This document shows positions 1 through 14,540 of a stretch of DNA of 64,000 bases, one piece after another; positions within the stretch are counted from its first letter, which is position 1; each line of letters starts with the position of its first letter. A program made the position numbers and the translations under genes. The stretch is from Eledone cirrhosa (lineage: Eukaryota). The notes beneath the pieces were generated by a model. It made no database searches. It was not told where the DNA came from and worked only from the letters and a program-made list of their open reading frames with translations. The DNA is taken from NCBI GenBank assembly GCA_964016885.1, contig OZ024745.1, positions 60,264,001 through 60,328,000 on the forward strand, written 5' to 3'.

Positions 1-3000
1 CGACTTGGAGTGAGAACCTCGACTTGGAGTGAAAACCTCGACTTGGAGTGAGAACCTCGACTTGGAGTGAAAACCTCGACTTGGAGTGTAAACTGCGACT
101 TGGAGTGTAATATACAACTTGGAGCATAATGTACAACTTGGAGCATAATGTACGACTTGGAGCATAATGTACGACTTAGAGCATAATGTAGGACTTAGAG
201 TGTAATGTAGGACTTAGAGTGTAATGTAGGACTTAGAGTGTAATGTAGGACTTAGAGTGTAATGTAGGACTTAGAGTGTAATGTAGGACTTGGAGTGTAA
301 TGTAGGACTTGGAGTGTAATGTAGGACTTGGAGTGTAATGTAGGACTTGGAGTGTAAACTGCGAGTTGGAATATAAATTGCGACTTGGATTGTAAACCTT
401 GACTTGCAGTGTATTGAACAACTTGGGGTGTATACTGCGACTTGGAGTGTAAACTGCGGCTCCGAATATAAACTACGACTTGCAGTGTAATATATGACTC
501 TGAGTGTAAACTACGACTTGGAGTGTAAACTGCGACATGGAGTGTAAACTGAGACATGGAGTATAAACTGCGACTTGGAGTGTTGACTTCAACTTGGAGT
601 GTTGACTTCAAATTGGAGTGTTGACTTCAACTTGGAGTGTTGACTTCAACTTGGAGTGTTGACTTCAACTTGGAGTGTTGACTTCAACTTGGAGTGTTGA
701 CTTCAACTTAGAGTGTAAACTTCAACTTGGAGTGTAAACTTTAACTTGGAGTGTAAACTTCAACTTGGAGTGTAAACTTCAACTTGGAGTGTAAACTTCA
801 ACTTGGAGTGTAAACTTCAACTTGGAGTGTAAACTTCAACTTGGAGTGTAAACTTCAACTTGGAGTGTAAACTTCAACTTGGAGTGTAAACTTCAACTTG
901 GAGTGTAAACTTCAATTTGGAGTGTAAACTGCGACTTGGTGTGTACAACGTGGAGTGTAAACTGCGATTTGAAATGTAAATTGCGACTTGGATTGTAAAT
1001 TCCGACTTGGAGTGTAAACTGCTACTTGGAGTTTAAACTGCGACTGTGTAATGTTCGACTTGGAATGTAATGTACAACGTGGAATGTAATGTACGACTTG
1101 GAGTGTAAACGGCGACTTGGTTCTACTTGGAGTGTAAACGGCGACTTGGTTCTACTTGTAGTGTAAACTGCTACTTGGTTCTACTTGAAGTGTAATGATC
1201 TACTTGAAGCGTAATGATCTACTTGGAGTGTAATGTTCTACTTGGTCTGTAAACTGCGACTTGGAGTGTAATGTACGACTCGGAGTTTAAACTGCGACTT
1301 GAAGTGTAAACTGCGACTTGGAGTGTAAACTGCGACTCGGAGTGTGAACTACAACTTGGAGCATAATGTACGACTTAGAGTGTAATGTAGGACTAGGAGC
1401 ATAATGTACGACTTAGTGTGTAATGTAGGACTTGGAGTGTAAACTGCGACTTGGAGTGTAATGTAGGACTTGGAGTGTAAACTGCGACCTGGAATATAAA
1501 TTGCGACTTGGATTGTAAATCTTGACTTGCAGTGTATTGAACAACTTGGGGTGTATACTGCGGCTTGGAGTGTAAACTGCGACTCCGAATGTAAACTACG
1601 ACTTGCAGTGTAATATATGACTCTGAGTGTAAACTACGACTTGGAGTGTAAACTGCGACATGGAGTGTAAACTGCGACATGGAGTATAAACTGCGACTTG
1701 GAGTGTTGACTTCAACTTGGAGTGTTGACTTCAACTTGGAGTGTTGACTTCAACTTGGAGTGTTGACTTCAACTTGGAGTGTTGACTTCAACTTGGAGTG
1801 TTGACTTCAACTTGGCGTGTTGACTTCAACTTAGAGTGTAAACTTCAACTTGGAGTGTAAACTTCAACTTGGAGTGTAAACTTCAACTTGGAGTGTAAAC
1901 TTCAACTTGGAGTGTAAACTTCAACTTGGAGTGTAAACTTCAACTTGGAGTGTAAACTTCAACTTGGAGTGTAAACTTCAACTTGGAGTGTAAACCTCAA
2001 CTTGGAGTGTAAACTTCAACTTGGAGTGTAAACTTCAACATGGAATGTAAACTTCAACTTGGAGTGTAAACTTCAACTTGGAGTGTAAACTTCAACTTTG
2101 AGTGTAAACTGCGACTTGGAGTGTAAACCTCGACTTGGAGTGAGAACCTCGACTTGGAGTGAGAACCTCGACTTGGAGTGAGAACCTCGACTTGGAGTGA
2201 GAACCTCGACTTGGATTGAGAACCTCGACTTGGATTGAGAACCTCGACTTGGATTGAGAACCTCGACTTGGAGTGTAAACTGCGACTTGGAGTGTAAACT
2301 GCGACTTGGAGTGTAAACCTCGACTTGGAGTGTAAACTGCGACTTGGAGTGTAAACTTCAACTTGGAGTGTAAACTTCAACTTGGAGTGTAAACTTCAAC
2401 TTGGAGTGTAAACTGCGACTTGGAGTGTAAACTGCGACTTGGAGTGTAAACCTCGACTTGGAGTGAGAACCTCGACTTGGAGTGAAAACCTCGACTTGGA
2501 GTGAGAACCTCGACTTGGAGTGAGAACCTCGACTTGGAGTGAGAACCTCGACTTGGAGTGAAAACCTCGACTTGGAGTGAAAACCTCGACTTGGAGTGAG
2601 AACCTCGACTTGGAGTGAAAACCTCGACTTGGAGTGTAAACTGCGACTTGGAGTGAAAACCTCGACTTGGAGTGAAAACCTCGACTTGGATTGAGAACCT
2701 CGACTTGGATTGAGAACCTCGACTTGGATTGAGAACCTCGACTTGGAGTGTAAACTGCGACTTGGGGTGTAAACTGCGACTTGGAGTGTAAACCTCGACT
2801 TGGGGTGTAAACCTCGACTTGGAGTGTAAACTTCAACTTGGAGTGTAAACTTCAACTTGGAGTGTAAACTTCAACTTGGAGTGTAAACTGCGACTTGGTG
2901 TGTACAACGTGGAGTGTAAACTGCGATTTGGAATGTAAATTGCGACTTGGATTGTAAATTCCGACTTGGAGTGTAAACTGCTGCTTGGAGTTTAAACTGC

Positions 3001-3879
3001 TACTGTGTAATGTTCGACTTGGAATGTAATGTACAACGTGGAATGTAATGTACGACTTGGAGTGTAAACGGCGACTTGGTTCTACTTGGAGTGTAAACGG
3101 CGACTTGGTTCTACTTGGAGTGTAAACTGCTACTTGGTTCTACTTGAAGTGTAATGATCTACTTGAAGCGTAATGATCTACTTGGAGTGTAATGTTCTAC
3201 TTGGTCTGTATACTGCGACTTGGAGTGTAATGTACGACTCGGAGTTTAAACTGCGACTTGAAGTGTAAACTGCGACTTGGAGTGTAAACTGCGACTTGGA
3301 GTGCAAACTGCGACTTGGAGTGTAAACTGCGACTCGGAGTGTGAACTACAACTTGGAGCATAATGTACGACTTAGAGTGTAATGTAGGACTTGGAGTGTA
3401 AACTGCGACTTGGAGTGTAATGTAGCACTTGGAGTGTAAACTGCGACTTGGAATATAAATTGCGACTTTGATTGTAAACCTTGACTTGCAGTGTATTGAA
3501 CAACTTGGGGTGTATACTGCGGCTTGGAGTGTAAACTGCGACTCCGAATGTAAACTACGACTTGCTGTGTAATATATGACTCTGAGTGTAAACTACGACT
3601 TGGAGTGTAAACTGCGACATGGAGTGTAAACTGCGACATGGAGTATAAACTGCGACTTGGAGTGTTGACTTCAACTTGGAGTGTTGACTTCAACTTGGAG
3701 TGTTGACTTCAACTTGGAGTGTTGACTTCAACTTGGAGTGTTGACTTCAACTTGGAGTGTTGACTTCAACTTGGAGTGTTGACTTCAACTTGGAGTGTTG
3801 ACTTCAACTTGGAGTGTTGACTTCAACTTAGAGTGTAAACCTCAACTTGGAGTGTAAACTTCAACTTGGAGTGTAAACT

Positions 3880-6800
3880 TCAACTTGGGGTGTAAACTTC
3901 AACTTGGAGTGTAAACTTCAACTTGGAGTGTAAACTGCGACTTGGAGTGTAAACCTCGACTTGGAGTGAGAACCTCGACTTGGAGTGAGAACCTCGACTT
4001 GGAGTGAGAACCTCGACTTGGAGTGAGAACCTCGACTTGGAGTGAGAACCTCGACTTGGAGAGAAAAACCTCGACTTGGAGTGAAAACCTCGACTTGGAG
4101 TGAGAACCTCGACTTGGAGTGAAAACCTCGACTTGGAGTGAAAACCTCGACTTGGAGTGTAAACTGCGACTTGGAGTGAAAACCTCGACTTGGAGTGAAA
4201 ACCTCGACTTGGATTGAGAACCTCGACTTGGATTGAGAACCTCGACTTGGATTGAGAACCTCGACTTGGAGTGTAAACTGCGACTTGGAGTGTAAACTGC
4301 GACTTGGAGTGTAAACCTCGACTTGGAGTGTAAACTGCGACTTGGAGTGTAAACTTCAACTTGGATTGTAAACTTCAACTTGGAGTGTAAACTTCAACTT
4401 GGAGTGTAAACTGCGACTTGGAGTGTAAACTTCAACTTGGAGTGTAAACTGCGACTTGGTGTGTACAACGTGGAGTGTAAACTGCGATTTGGAATGTAAA
4501 TTGCGACTTGGATTGTAAATTCCGACTTGGAGTGTAAACTGCTACTTGGAGTTTAAACTGCTACTGTGTAATGTTCGACTTGGAATGTAATGTACAACGT
4601 GGAATGTAATGTACGACCTGGAGTGTAAACGGCGACTTGGTTCTACTTGGAGTGTAAACTGCGACTCGGAGTGTGACCTACAACTTGGAGAATAATGTAC
4701 GACTTAGAGTGTAATGTAGGACTAGGAGCATAATGTACGACTTGGAGTGTAATGTAGGACTTGGAGTGTAAACTGCGACTTGGAGTGTAATGTAGGACTT
4801 GGAGTGTAAACTGCGACTTGGAATATAAATTGCGACTTGGATTGTAAACCTTGACTTGCAGTGTATTGAACAACTTGGGGTGTATACTGCGGCTTGGAGT
4901 GTAAACTGCGACTCCGAATGTAAACTACGACTTGCAGTGTAATATATGACTCTGAGTGTAAACTACGACTTGGAGTGTAAACTGCGACATGGAGTGTAAA
5001 CTGCGACATGGAGTATAAACTGCGACTTGGAGTGTTGACTTCAACTTGGAGTGTTGACTTCAACTTGGAGTGTTGACTTCAACTTGGAGTGTTGACTTCA
5101 ACTTGGAGTGTTGACTTCAACTTGGAGTGTTGACTTCAACTTGGAGTGTTGACTTCAACTTGGAGTGTTGACTTCAACTTGGAGTGTAGACTTCAACTTG
5201 GAGTGTAAACTTCAACTTGGAGTGTAAACTTCAACTTGGAGTGTAAACTTCAAATGGAGTGTAAACTTCAACTTGGAGTGTAAACTGCGACTTGGAGTGT
5301 AAACTTCAACTTGGAGTGTAAACTGCGACTTGGTGTGTACAACGTGGAGTGTAATCTGCGATTTGGAATGTAAATTGCGACTTGGATTGTAAATTCCGAC
5401 TTGGAGTGTAAACTGCTACTTGGAGTTTAAACTGCTACTGTGTAATGTTCGACTTGGAATGTAATGTACAACGTGGAATGTAATGTACGACTTGGAGTGT
5501 AAACTGCGACTTGGAGTGAAAACCTCGACTTGGAGTGAAAACCTCGACTTGGATTGAGAACCTCGACTTGGATTGAGAACCTCGACTTGGATTGAGAACC
5601 TCGACTTGGAGTGTAAACTGCGACTTGGAGTGTAGACTGCGACTTGGAGTGTAAACTTCAACTTGGAGTGTAAACTGCGACTTGGTGTGTACAACGTGGA
5701 GTGTAAACTGCGATTTGGAATGTAAATTGCGACTTGGATTGTAAATTCCGACTTGGAGTGTAAACTTCAACTTGGAGTGTAAACTTCAACTTGGAGTGTA
5801 AACTTCAACTTGGAGTGTAAACTTCAACTTGGAGTGTAAACTTCAACTTGGAGTGTAAACTTCAACTTGGAGTGTAAACTTCAACTTGGAGTGTAAACTG
5901 CGACTTGGAGTGTAAACTGCGACTTGGAGTGTAAACCTCGACTTGGAGTGAGAACCTCGACTTGGAGTGAGAACCTCGACTTGGAGTGAAAACCTCGACT
6001 TGGAGTGAGAACCTCGACTTGGAATGAGCACCTCGACTTGGAGTGAGAACCTCGACTTGGAGTGAAAACCTCGACTTGGAGTGAAAACCTCGACTTGGAG
6101 TGAGAACCTCGACTTGGAGTGAAAACCTCGACTTGGAGTGTAAACTGCGACTTGGAGTGAAAACCTCGACTTGGAGTGAAAACCTCGACTTGGATTGAGA
6201 ACCTCGACTTGGATTGAGAACCTCGACTTGGATTGAGAACCTCGACTTGGAGTGTAAACTGCGACTTGGAGTGTAAACTGCGACTTGGAGTGTAAACCTC
6301 GACTTGGGGTGTAAACCTCGACTTGGAGTGTAAACTGCGACTTGGAGTGTAAACTTCAACTTGGAGTGTAAACTTCAACTTGGAGTGTAAACTTCAACTT
6401 GGAGTGTAAACTTCAACTTGGAGTGTAAACTGCGACTTGGAGTGTAAACTTCAACTTGGAGTGTAATCTTCAACTTGGAGTGTAAACTGCGACTTGGTGT
6501 GTACAACGTGGAGTGTAAACTGCGATTTGGAATGTAAATTGCGACTTGGATTGTAAATTCCGACTTGGAGTGTAAACTGCTGCTTGGAGTTTAAACTGCT
6601 ACTGTGTAATGTTCGACTTGGAATGTAATGTACAACGTGGAATGTAATGTACGACTTGGAGTGTAAACGGCGACTTGGTTCTACTTGGAGTGTAAACGGC
6701 GACTTGGTTCTACTTGGAGTGTAAACTGCTACTTGGTTCTACTTGAAGTGTAATGATCTACTTGAAGCGTAATGATCTACTTGGAGTGTAATGTTCTACT

Positions 6801-9800
6801 TGGTCTGTAAACTGCGACTTGGAGTGTAATGTACGACTCGGAGTTTAAACTGCGACTTGAAGTGTAAACTGCGACTTGGAGTGTAAACTGCGACTTGGAG
6901 TGCAAACTGCGACTTGGAGTGTAAACTGCGACTCGGAGTGTGAACTACAACTTGGAGCATAATGTACGACTTAGAGTGTAATGTAGGACTTGGAGTGTAA
7001 ACTGCGACTTGGAGTGTAATGTAGGACTTGGAGTGTAAACTGCGACTTGGAATATAAATTGCGACTTTGATTGTAAACCTTGACTTGCAGTGTATTGAAC
7101 AACTTGGGGTGTATACTGCGGCTTGGAGTGTAAACTGCGACTCCGAATGTAAACTACGACTTGCTGTGTAATATATGACTCTGAGTGTAAACTACGACTT
7201 GGAGTGTAAACTGCGACATGGAGTGTAAACTGCGACATGGAGTATAAACTGCGACTTGGAGTGTTGACTTCAACTTGGAGTGTTGACTTCAACTTGGAGT
7301 GTTGACTTCAACTTGGAGTGTTGACTTCAACTTGGAGTGTTGACTTCAACTTGGAGTGTTGACTTCAACTTGGAGTGTTGACTTCAACTTAGAGTGTAAA
7401 CCTCAACTTGGAGTGTAAACTTCAACTTGGAGTGTAAACTTCAACTTGGAGTGTAAACTTCAACTTGGAGTGTAAACTTCAACTTGGAGTGTAAAGTTCA
7501 ACTTGGAGTGTAAACTTCAACTTGGAGTGTAAACTTCAACTTGGAGTGTAAACTTCAACTTGGAGTGTAAACTTCAACTTGGAGTGTAAACTTCAACTTG
7601 GAGTGTAAACTTCAACTTGGAGTGTAAACTTCAACTTGGAGTGTAAACTTCAACTTGGAGTGTAAACTGCGACTTGGAGTGTAAACTGCGACTTGGAGTG
7701 TAAACCTCGACTTGGAGTGAGAACCTCGACTTGGAGTGAGAACCTCGACTTGGAGTGAGAACCTCGACTTGGAGTGAGAACCTCGACTTGGAGTGAAAAC
7801 CTCGACTTGGAGTGAGAACCTCGACTTCGAGTGAGAACCTCGACTTGGAGTGAGAACCTCGACTTGGAGTGAAAACCTCGACTTGGAGTGAGAACCTCGA
7901 CTTGGAGTGAAAACCTCGACTTGGAGTGAAAACCTCGACTTGGAGTGTAAACTGCGACTTGGAGTGAAAACCTCGACTTGGAGTGAAAACCTCGACTTGG
8001 ATTGAGAACCTCGACTTGGATTGAGAACCTCGACTTGGATTGAGAACATCGACTTGGAGTGTAAACTGCGACTTGGAGTGTAAACTGCGACTTGGAGTGT
8101 AAACCTCGACTTGGGGTGTAAACCTCGACTTGGAGTGTAAACTGCGACTTGGAGTGTAAACTTCAACTTGGAGTGTAAACTTCAACTTGGAGTGTAAACT
8201 TCAACTTGGAGTGTAAACTTCAACTTGGAGTGTAAACTTCAACTTGGAGTGTAAACTTCAACTTGGAGTGTAAACTGCGACTTGGTGTGTACAACGTGGA
8301 GTGTAAACTGCGATTTGGAATGTAAATTGCGACTTGGATTGTAAATTCCGACTTGGAGTGTAAACTGCTACTGTGTAATGTTCGACTTGGAATGTAATGT
8401 ACAACGTGGAATGTAATGTACGACTTGGAGTGTAAACGGCGACTTAGTTCTACTTGGAGTGTAAACGGCGACTTGGTTCTACTTGGAGTGTAAACTGCTA
8501 CTTGGTTCTACTTGAAGTGTAATGATCTACTTGAAGCGTAATGATCTACTTGGAGTGTAATGTTCTACTTGGTCTGTAAACTGCGACTTGGAGTGTAATG
8601 TACGACTCGGAGTTTAAACTGCGACTTGAAGTGTAAACTGCGACTTGGAGTGTAAACTGAGACTTGGAGTGTAAACTGCGACTCGGAGTGTGAACTACAA
8701 CTTGGAGCATAATGTACGACTTAGAGTGTAATGTAGGACTAGGAGCATAATGTACGACTTGGAGTGTAATGTAGGACTTGGAGTGTAAACTGCGACTTGG
8801 AGTGTAATGTAGGACTTGCAGTGTAAACTGCGACCTGGAATATAAATTGCGACTTGGATTGTAAACCTTGACTTGCAGTGTATTGAACAACTTGGGGTGT
8901 ATACTGCGGCTTGGAGTGTAAACTGCGACTCCGAATGTAAACTACGACTTGCAGTGTAATATATGACTCTGAGTGTAAACTACGACTTGGAGTGTAAACT
9001 GCGACATGGAGTGTAAACTGCGACATGGAGTATAAACTGCGACTTGGAGTGTTGACTTCAACTTGGAGTGTTGACTTCAACTTGGAGTGTTGACTTCAAC
9101 TTGGAGTGTTGACTTCAACTTGGAGTGTTGACTTCAACTTGGAGTGTTGACTTCAACTTAGAGTGTAAACCTCAACTTGGAGTGTAAACTTCAACTTGGA
9201 GTGTAAACTTCAACTTGGAGTGTAAACTTCAACTTGGAGTGTAAACTTCAACTTGGAGTGTAAACTGCGACTTGGAGTGTAAACCTCGACTTGGAGTGAG
9301 AACCTCGACTTGGAGTGAGAACCTCGACTTGGAGTGAGAACCTCGACTTGGAGTGAGAACCTCGACTTGGAGTGAGAACCTCGACTTGGAGAGAAAAACC
9401 TCGACTTGGAGTGAAAACCTCGACTTGGAGTGAGAACCTCGACTTGGAGTGAAAACCTCGACTTGGAGTGAAAACCTCGACTTGGAGTGTAAACTGCGAC
9501 TTGGAGTGAAAACCTCGACTTGGAGTGAAAACCTCGACTTGGATTGAGAACCTCGACTTGGATTGAGAACCTCGACTTGGATTGAGAACCTCGACTTGGA
9601 GTGTAAACTGCGACTTGGAGTGTAAACTGCGACTTGGAGTGTAAACCTCGACTTGGAGTGTAAACTGCGACTTGGAGTGTAAACTTCAACTTGGATTGTA
9701 AACTTCAACTTGGAGTGTAAACTTCAACTTGGAGTGTAAACTGCGACTTGGAGTGTAAACTTCAACTTGGAGTGTAAACTGCGACTTGGTGTGTACAACG

Positions 9801-12800
9801 TGGAGTGTAAACTGCGATTTGGAATGTAAATTGCGACTTGGATTGTAAATTCCGACTTGGAGTGTAAACTGCTACTTGGAGTTTAAACTGCTACTGTGTA
9901 ATGTTCGACTTGGAATGTAATGTACAACGTGGAATGTAATGTACGACCTGGAGTGTAAACGGCGACTTGGTTCTACTTGGAGTGTAAACTGCGACTCGGA
10001 GTGTGACCTACAACTTGGAGCATAATGTACGACTTAGAGTGTAATGTAGGACTAGGAGCATAATGTACGACTTGGAGTGTAATGTAGGACTTGGAGTGTA
10101 AACTGCGACTTGGAGTGTAATGTAGGACTTGGAGTGTAAACTGCGACTTGGAATATAAATTGCGACTTGGATTGTAAACCTTGACTTGCAGTGTATTGAA
10201 CAACTTGGGGTGTATACTGCGGCTTGGAGTGTAAACTGCGACTCCGAATGTAAACTACGACTTGCAGTGTAATATATGACTCTGAGTGTAAACTACGACT
10301 TGGAGTGTAAACTGCGACATGGAGTGTAAACTGCGACATGGAGTATAAACTGCGACTTGGAGTGTTGACTTCAACTTGGAGTGTTGACTTCAACTTGGAG
10401 TGTTGACTTCAACTTGGAGTGTTGACTTCAACTTGGAGTGTTGACTTCAACTTGGAGTGTTGACTTCAACTTGGAGTGTTGACTTCAACTTGGAGTGTTG
10501 ACTTCAACTTGGAGTGTAGACTTCAACTTGGAGTGTAAACTTCAACTTGGAGTGTAAACTTCAACTTGGAGTGTAAACTTCAAATGGAGTGTAAACTTCA
10601 ACTTGGAGTGTAAACTGCGACTTGGAGTGTAAACTTCAACTTGGAGTGTAAACTGCGACTTGGTGTGTACAACGTGGAGTGTAATCTGCGATTTGGAATG
10701 TAAATTGCGACTTGGATTGTAAATTCCGACTTGGAGTGTAAACTGCTACTTGGAGTTTAAACTGCTACTGTGTAATGTTCGACTTGGAATGTAATGTACA
10801 ACGTGGAATGTAATGTACGACTTGGAGTGTAAACTGCGACTTGGAGTGAAAACCTCGACTTGGAGTGAAAACCTCGACTTGGATTGAGAACCTCGACTTG
10901 GATTGAGAACCTCGACTTGGATTGAGAACCTCGACTTGGAGTGTAAACTGCGACTTGGAGTGTAGACTGCGACTTGGAGTGTAAACTTCAACTTGGAGTG
11001 TAAACTGCGACTTGGTGTGTACAACGTGGAGTGTAAACTGCGATTTGGAATGTAAATTGCGACTTGGATTGTAAATTCCGACTTGGAGTGTAAACTTCAA
11101 CTTCGAGTGTAAACTTCAACTTGGAGTGTAAACTTCAACTTGGAGTGTAAACTTCAACTTGGAGTGTAAACTTCAACTTGGAGTGTAAACTTCAACTTGG
11201 AGTGTAAACTTCAACTTGGAGTGTAAACTTCAACTTGGAGTGTAAACTGCGACTTGGAGTGTAAACTGCGACTTGGAGTGTAAACCTCGACTTGGAGTGA
11301 GAACCTCGACTTGGAGTGAGAACCTCGACTTGGAGTGAAAACCTCGACTTGGAGTGAGAACCTCGACTTGGAGTGAGCACCTCGACTTGGAGTGAGAACC
11401 TCGACTTGGAGTGAAAACCTCGACTTGGAGTGAAAACCTCGACTTGGAGTGAGAACCTCGACTTGGAGTGAAAACCTCGACTTGGAGTGTAAACTGCGAC
11501 TTGGAGTGAAAACCTCGACTTGGAGTGAAAACCTCGACTTGGATTGAGAACCTCGACTTGGATTGAGAACCTCGACTTGGATTGAGAACCTCGACTTGGA
11601 GTGTAAACTGCGACTTGGAGTGTAAACTGCGACTTGGAGTGTAAACCTCGACTTGGGGTGTAAACCTCGACTTGGAGTGTAAACTGCGACTTGGAGTGTA
11701 AACTTCAACTTGGAGTGTAAACTTCAACTTGGAGTGTAAACTTCAACTTGGAGTGTAAACTTCAACTTGGAGTGTAAACTGCGACTTGGAGTGTAAACTT
11801 CAACTTGGAGTGTAAACTTCAACTTGGAGTGTAAACTGCGACTTGGTGTGTACAACGTGGAGTGTAAATTGCGATTTGGAATGTAAATTGCGACTTGGAT
11901 TGTAAATTCCGACTTGGAGTGTAAACTGCTGCTTGGAGTTTAAACTGCTACTGTGTAATGTTCGACTTGGAATGTAATGTACAACGTGGAATGTAATGTA
12001 CGACTTGGAGTGTAAACGGCGACTTGGTTCTACTTGGAGTGTAAACGGCGACTTGGTTCTACTTGGAGTGTAAACTGCTACTTGGTTCTACTTGAAGTGT
12101 AATGATCTACTTGAAGCGTAATGATCTACTTGGAGTGTAATGTTCTACTTGGTCTGTAAACTGCGACTTGGAGTGTAATGTACGACTCGGAGTTTAAACT
12201 GCGACTTGAAGTGTAAACTGCGACTTGGAGTGTAAACTGAGACTTGGAGTGTAAACTGCGACTCGGAGTGCAAACTGCGACTTGGAGTGTAAACTGCGAC
12301 TCGGAGTGTGAACTACAACTTGGAGCATAATGTACGACTTAGAGTGTAATGTAGGACTTGGAGTGTAAACTGCGACTTGGAGTGTAATGTAGGACTTGGA
12401 GTGTAAACTGCGATTTGGAATATAAATTGCGACTTTGATTGTAAACCTTGACTTGCAGTGTATTGAACAACTTGGGGTGTATACTGCGGCTTGGAGTGTA
12501 AACTGCGACTCCGAATGTAAACTACGACTTGCTGTGTAATATATGACTCTGAGTGTAAACTACGACTTGGAGTGTAAACTGCGACATGGAGTGTAAACTG
12601 CGACATGGAGTATAAACTGCGACTTGGAGTGTTGACTTCAACTTGGAGTGTTGACTTCAACTTGGAGTGTTGACTTCAACTTGGAGTGTTGACTTCAACT
12701 TGGAGTGTTGACTTCAACTTGGAGTGTTGACTTCAACTTGGAGTGTTGACTTCAACTTAGAGTGTAAACCTCAACTTGGTGTGTAAACTTCAACTTGGAG

Positions 12801-14540
12801 TGTAAACTTCAACTTGGAGTGTAAACTTCAACTTGGAGTGTAAAGTTCAACTTGGAGTGTAAACTTCAACTTGGAGTGTAAACTTCAACTTGGAGTGTAA
12901 ACTTCAACTTGGAGTGTAAACTTCAACTTGGAGTGTAAACTTCAACTTGGAGTGTAAACTTCAACTTGGAGTGTAAACTTCAACTTGGAGTGTAAACTTC
13001 AACTTGGAGTGTAAACTTCAACTTGGAGTGTAAACTTCAACTTGGAGTGTAAACTTCAACTTGGAGTGTAAACTGCGACTTGGAGTGTAAACTGCGACTT
13101 GGAGTGTAAACCTCGACTTGGAGTGAGAACCTCGACTTGGAGTGAGAACCTCGACTTGGAGTGAGAACCTCGACTTGGAGTGAGAACCTCGACTTGGAGT
13201 GAAAACCTCGACTTGGAGTGAGAACCTCGACTTCGAGTGAGAACCTCGACTTGGAGTGAGAACCTCGACTTGGAGTGAAAACCTCGACTTGGAGTGAAAA
13301 CCTCGACTTGGAGTGAGAACCTCGACTTGGAGTGAAAACCTCGACTTGGAGTGAAAACCTCGACTTGGAGTGTAAACTGCGACTTGGAGTGAAAACCTCG
13401 ACTTGGAGTGAAAACCTCGACTTGGATTGAGAACCTCGACTTGGATTGAGAACCTCGACTTGGATTGAGAACATCGACTTGGAGTGTAAACTGCGACTTG
13501 GAGTGTAAACTGCGACTTGGAGTGTAAACCTCGACTTGGGGTGTAAACCTCGACTTGGAGTGTAAACTGCGACTTGGAGTGTAAACTTCAACTTGGAGTG
13601 TAAACTTCAACTTGGAGTGTAAACTTCAACTTGGAGTGTAAACTTCAACTTGGAGAGTAAACTTCAACTTGGAGTGTAAACTTCAACTTGGAGTGTAAAC
13701 TGCGACTTGGAGTGTAAACTTCAACTTGGAGTGTAAACTGCGACTTGGTGTGTACAACGTGGAGTGTAAACTGCGATTTGGAATGTAAATTGCGACTTGG
13801 ATTGTAAATTCCGACTTGGAGTGTAAACTGCTACTGTGTAATGTTCGACTTGGAATGTAATGTACAACGTGGAATGTAATGTACGACTTGGAGTGTAAAC
13901 GGCGACTTGGTTCTACTTGGAGTGTAAACGGCGACTTGGTTCTACTTGGAGTGTAAACTGCTACTTGGTTCTACTTGAAGTGTAATGATCTACTTGAAGC
14001 GTAATGATCTACTTGGAGTGTAATGTTCTACTTGGTCTGTAAACTGCGACTTGGAGTGTAATGTACGACTCGGAGTTTAAACTGCGACTTGAAGTGTAAA
14101 CTGCGACTTGGAGTGTAAACTGAGACTTGGAGTGTAAACTGCGACTCGGAGTGTGAACTACAACTTGGAGCATAATGTACGACTTAGAGTGTAATGTAGG
14201 ACTAGGAGCATAATGTACGACTTGGAGTGTAATGTAGGACTTGGAGTGTAAACTGCGACTTGGAGTGTAATGTAGGACTTGCAGTGTAAACTGCGACCTG
14301 GAATATAAATTGCGACTTGGATTGTAAACCTTGACTTGCAGTGTATTGAACAACTTGGGGTGTATACTGCGGCTTGGAGTGTAAACTGCGACTCCGAATG
14401 TAAACTACGACTTGCAGTATAATATATGACTCTGAGTGTAAACTACGACATGGAGTGTAAACTGCGACATGGAGTGTAAACTGCGACATGGAGTATAAAC
14501 TGCGACTTGGAGTGTTGACTTCAACTTGGAGTGTTGACTT
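3880..14540. repeat. Recent ~5,330-bp tandem duplication inside the satellite (approximate bounds)
   Basis: Private variants recur at an offset of exactly 5330: GAGAAAAACC at 4061/9391 and CAAATGGAGT at 5251/10581. ORF-track anchors 3880/9210, 4643/9973, 4722/10052 and 5416/10746 show the same offset. Confidence 0.9.
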
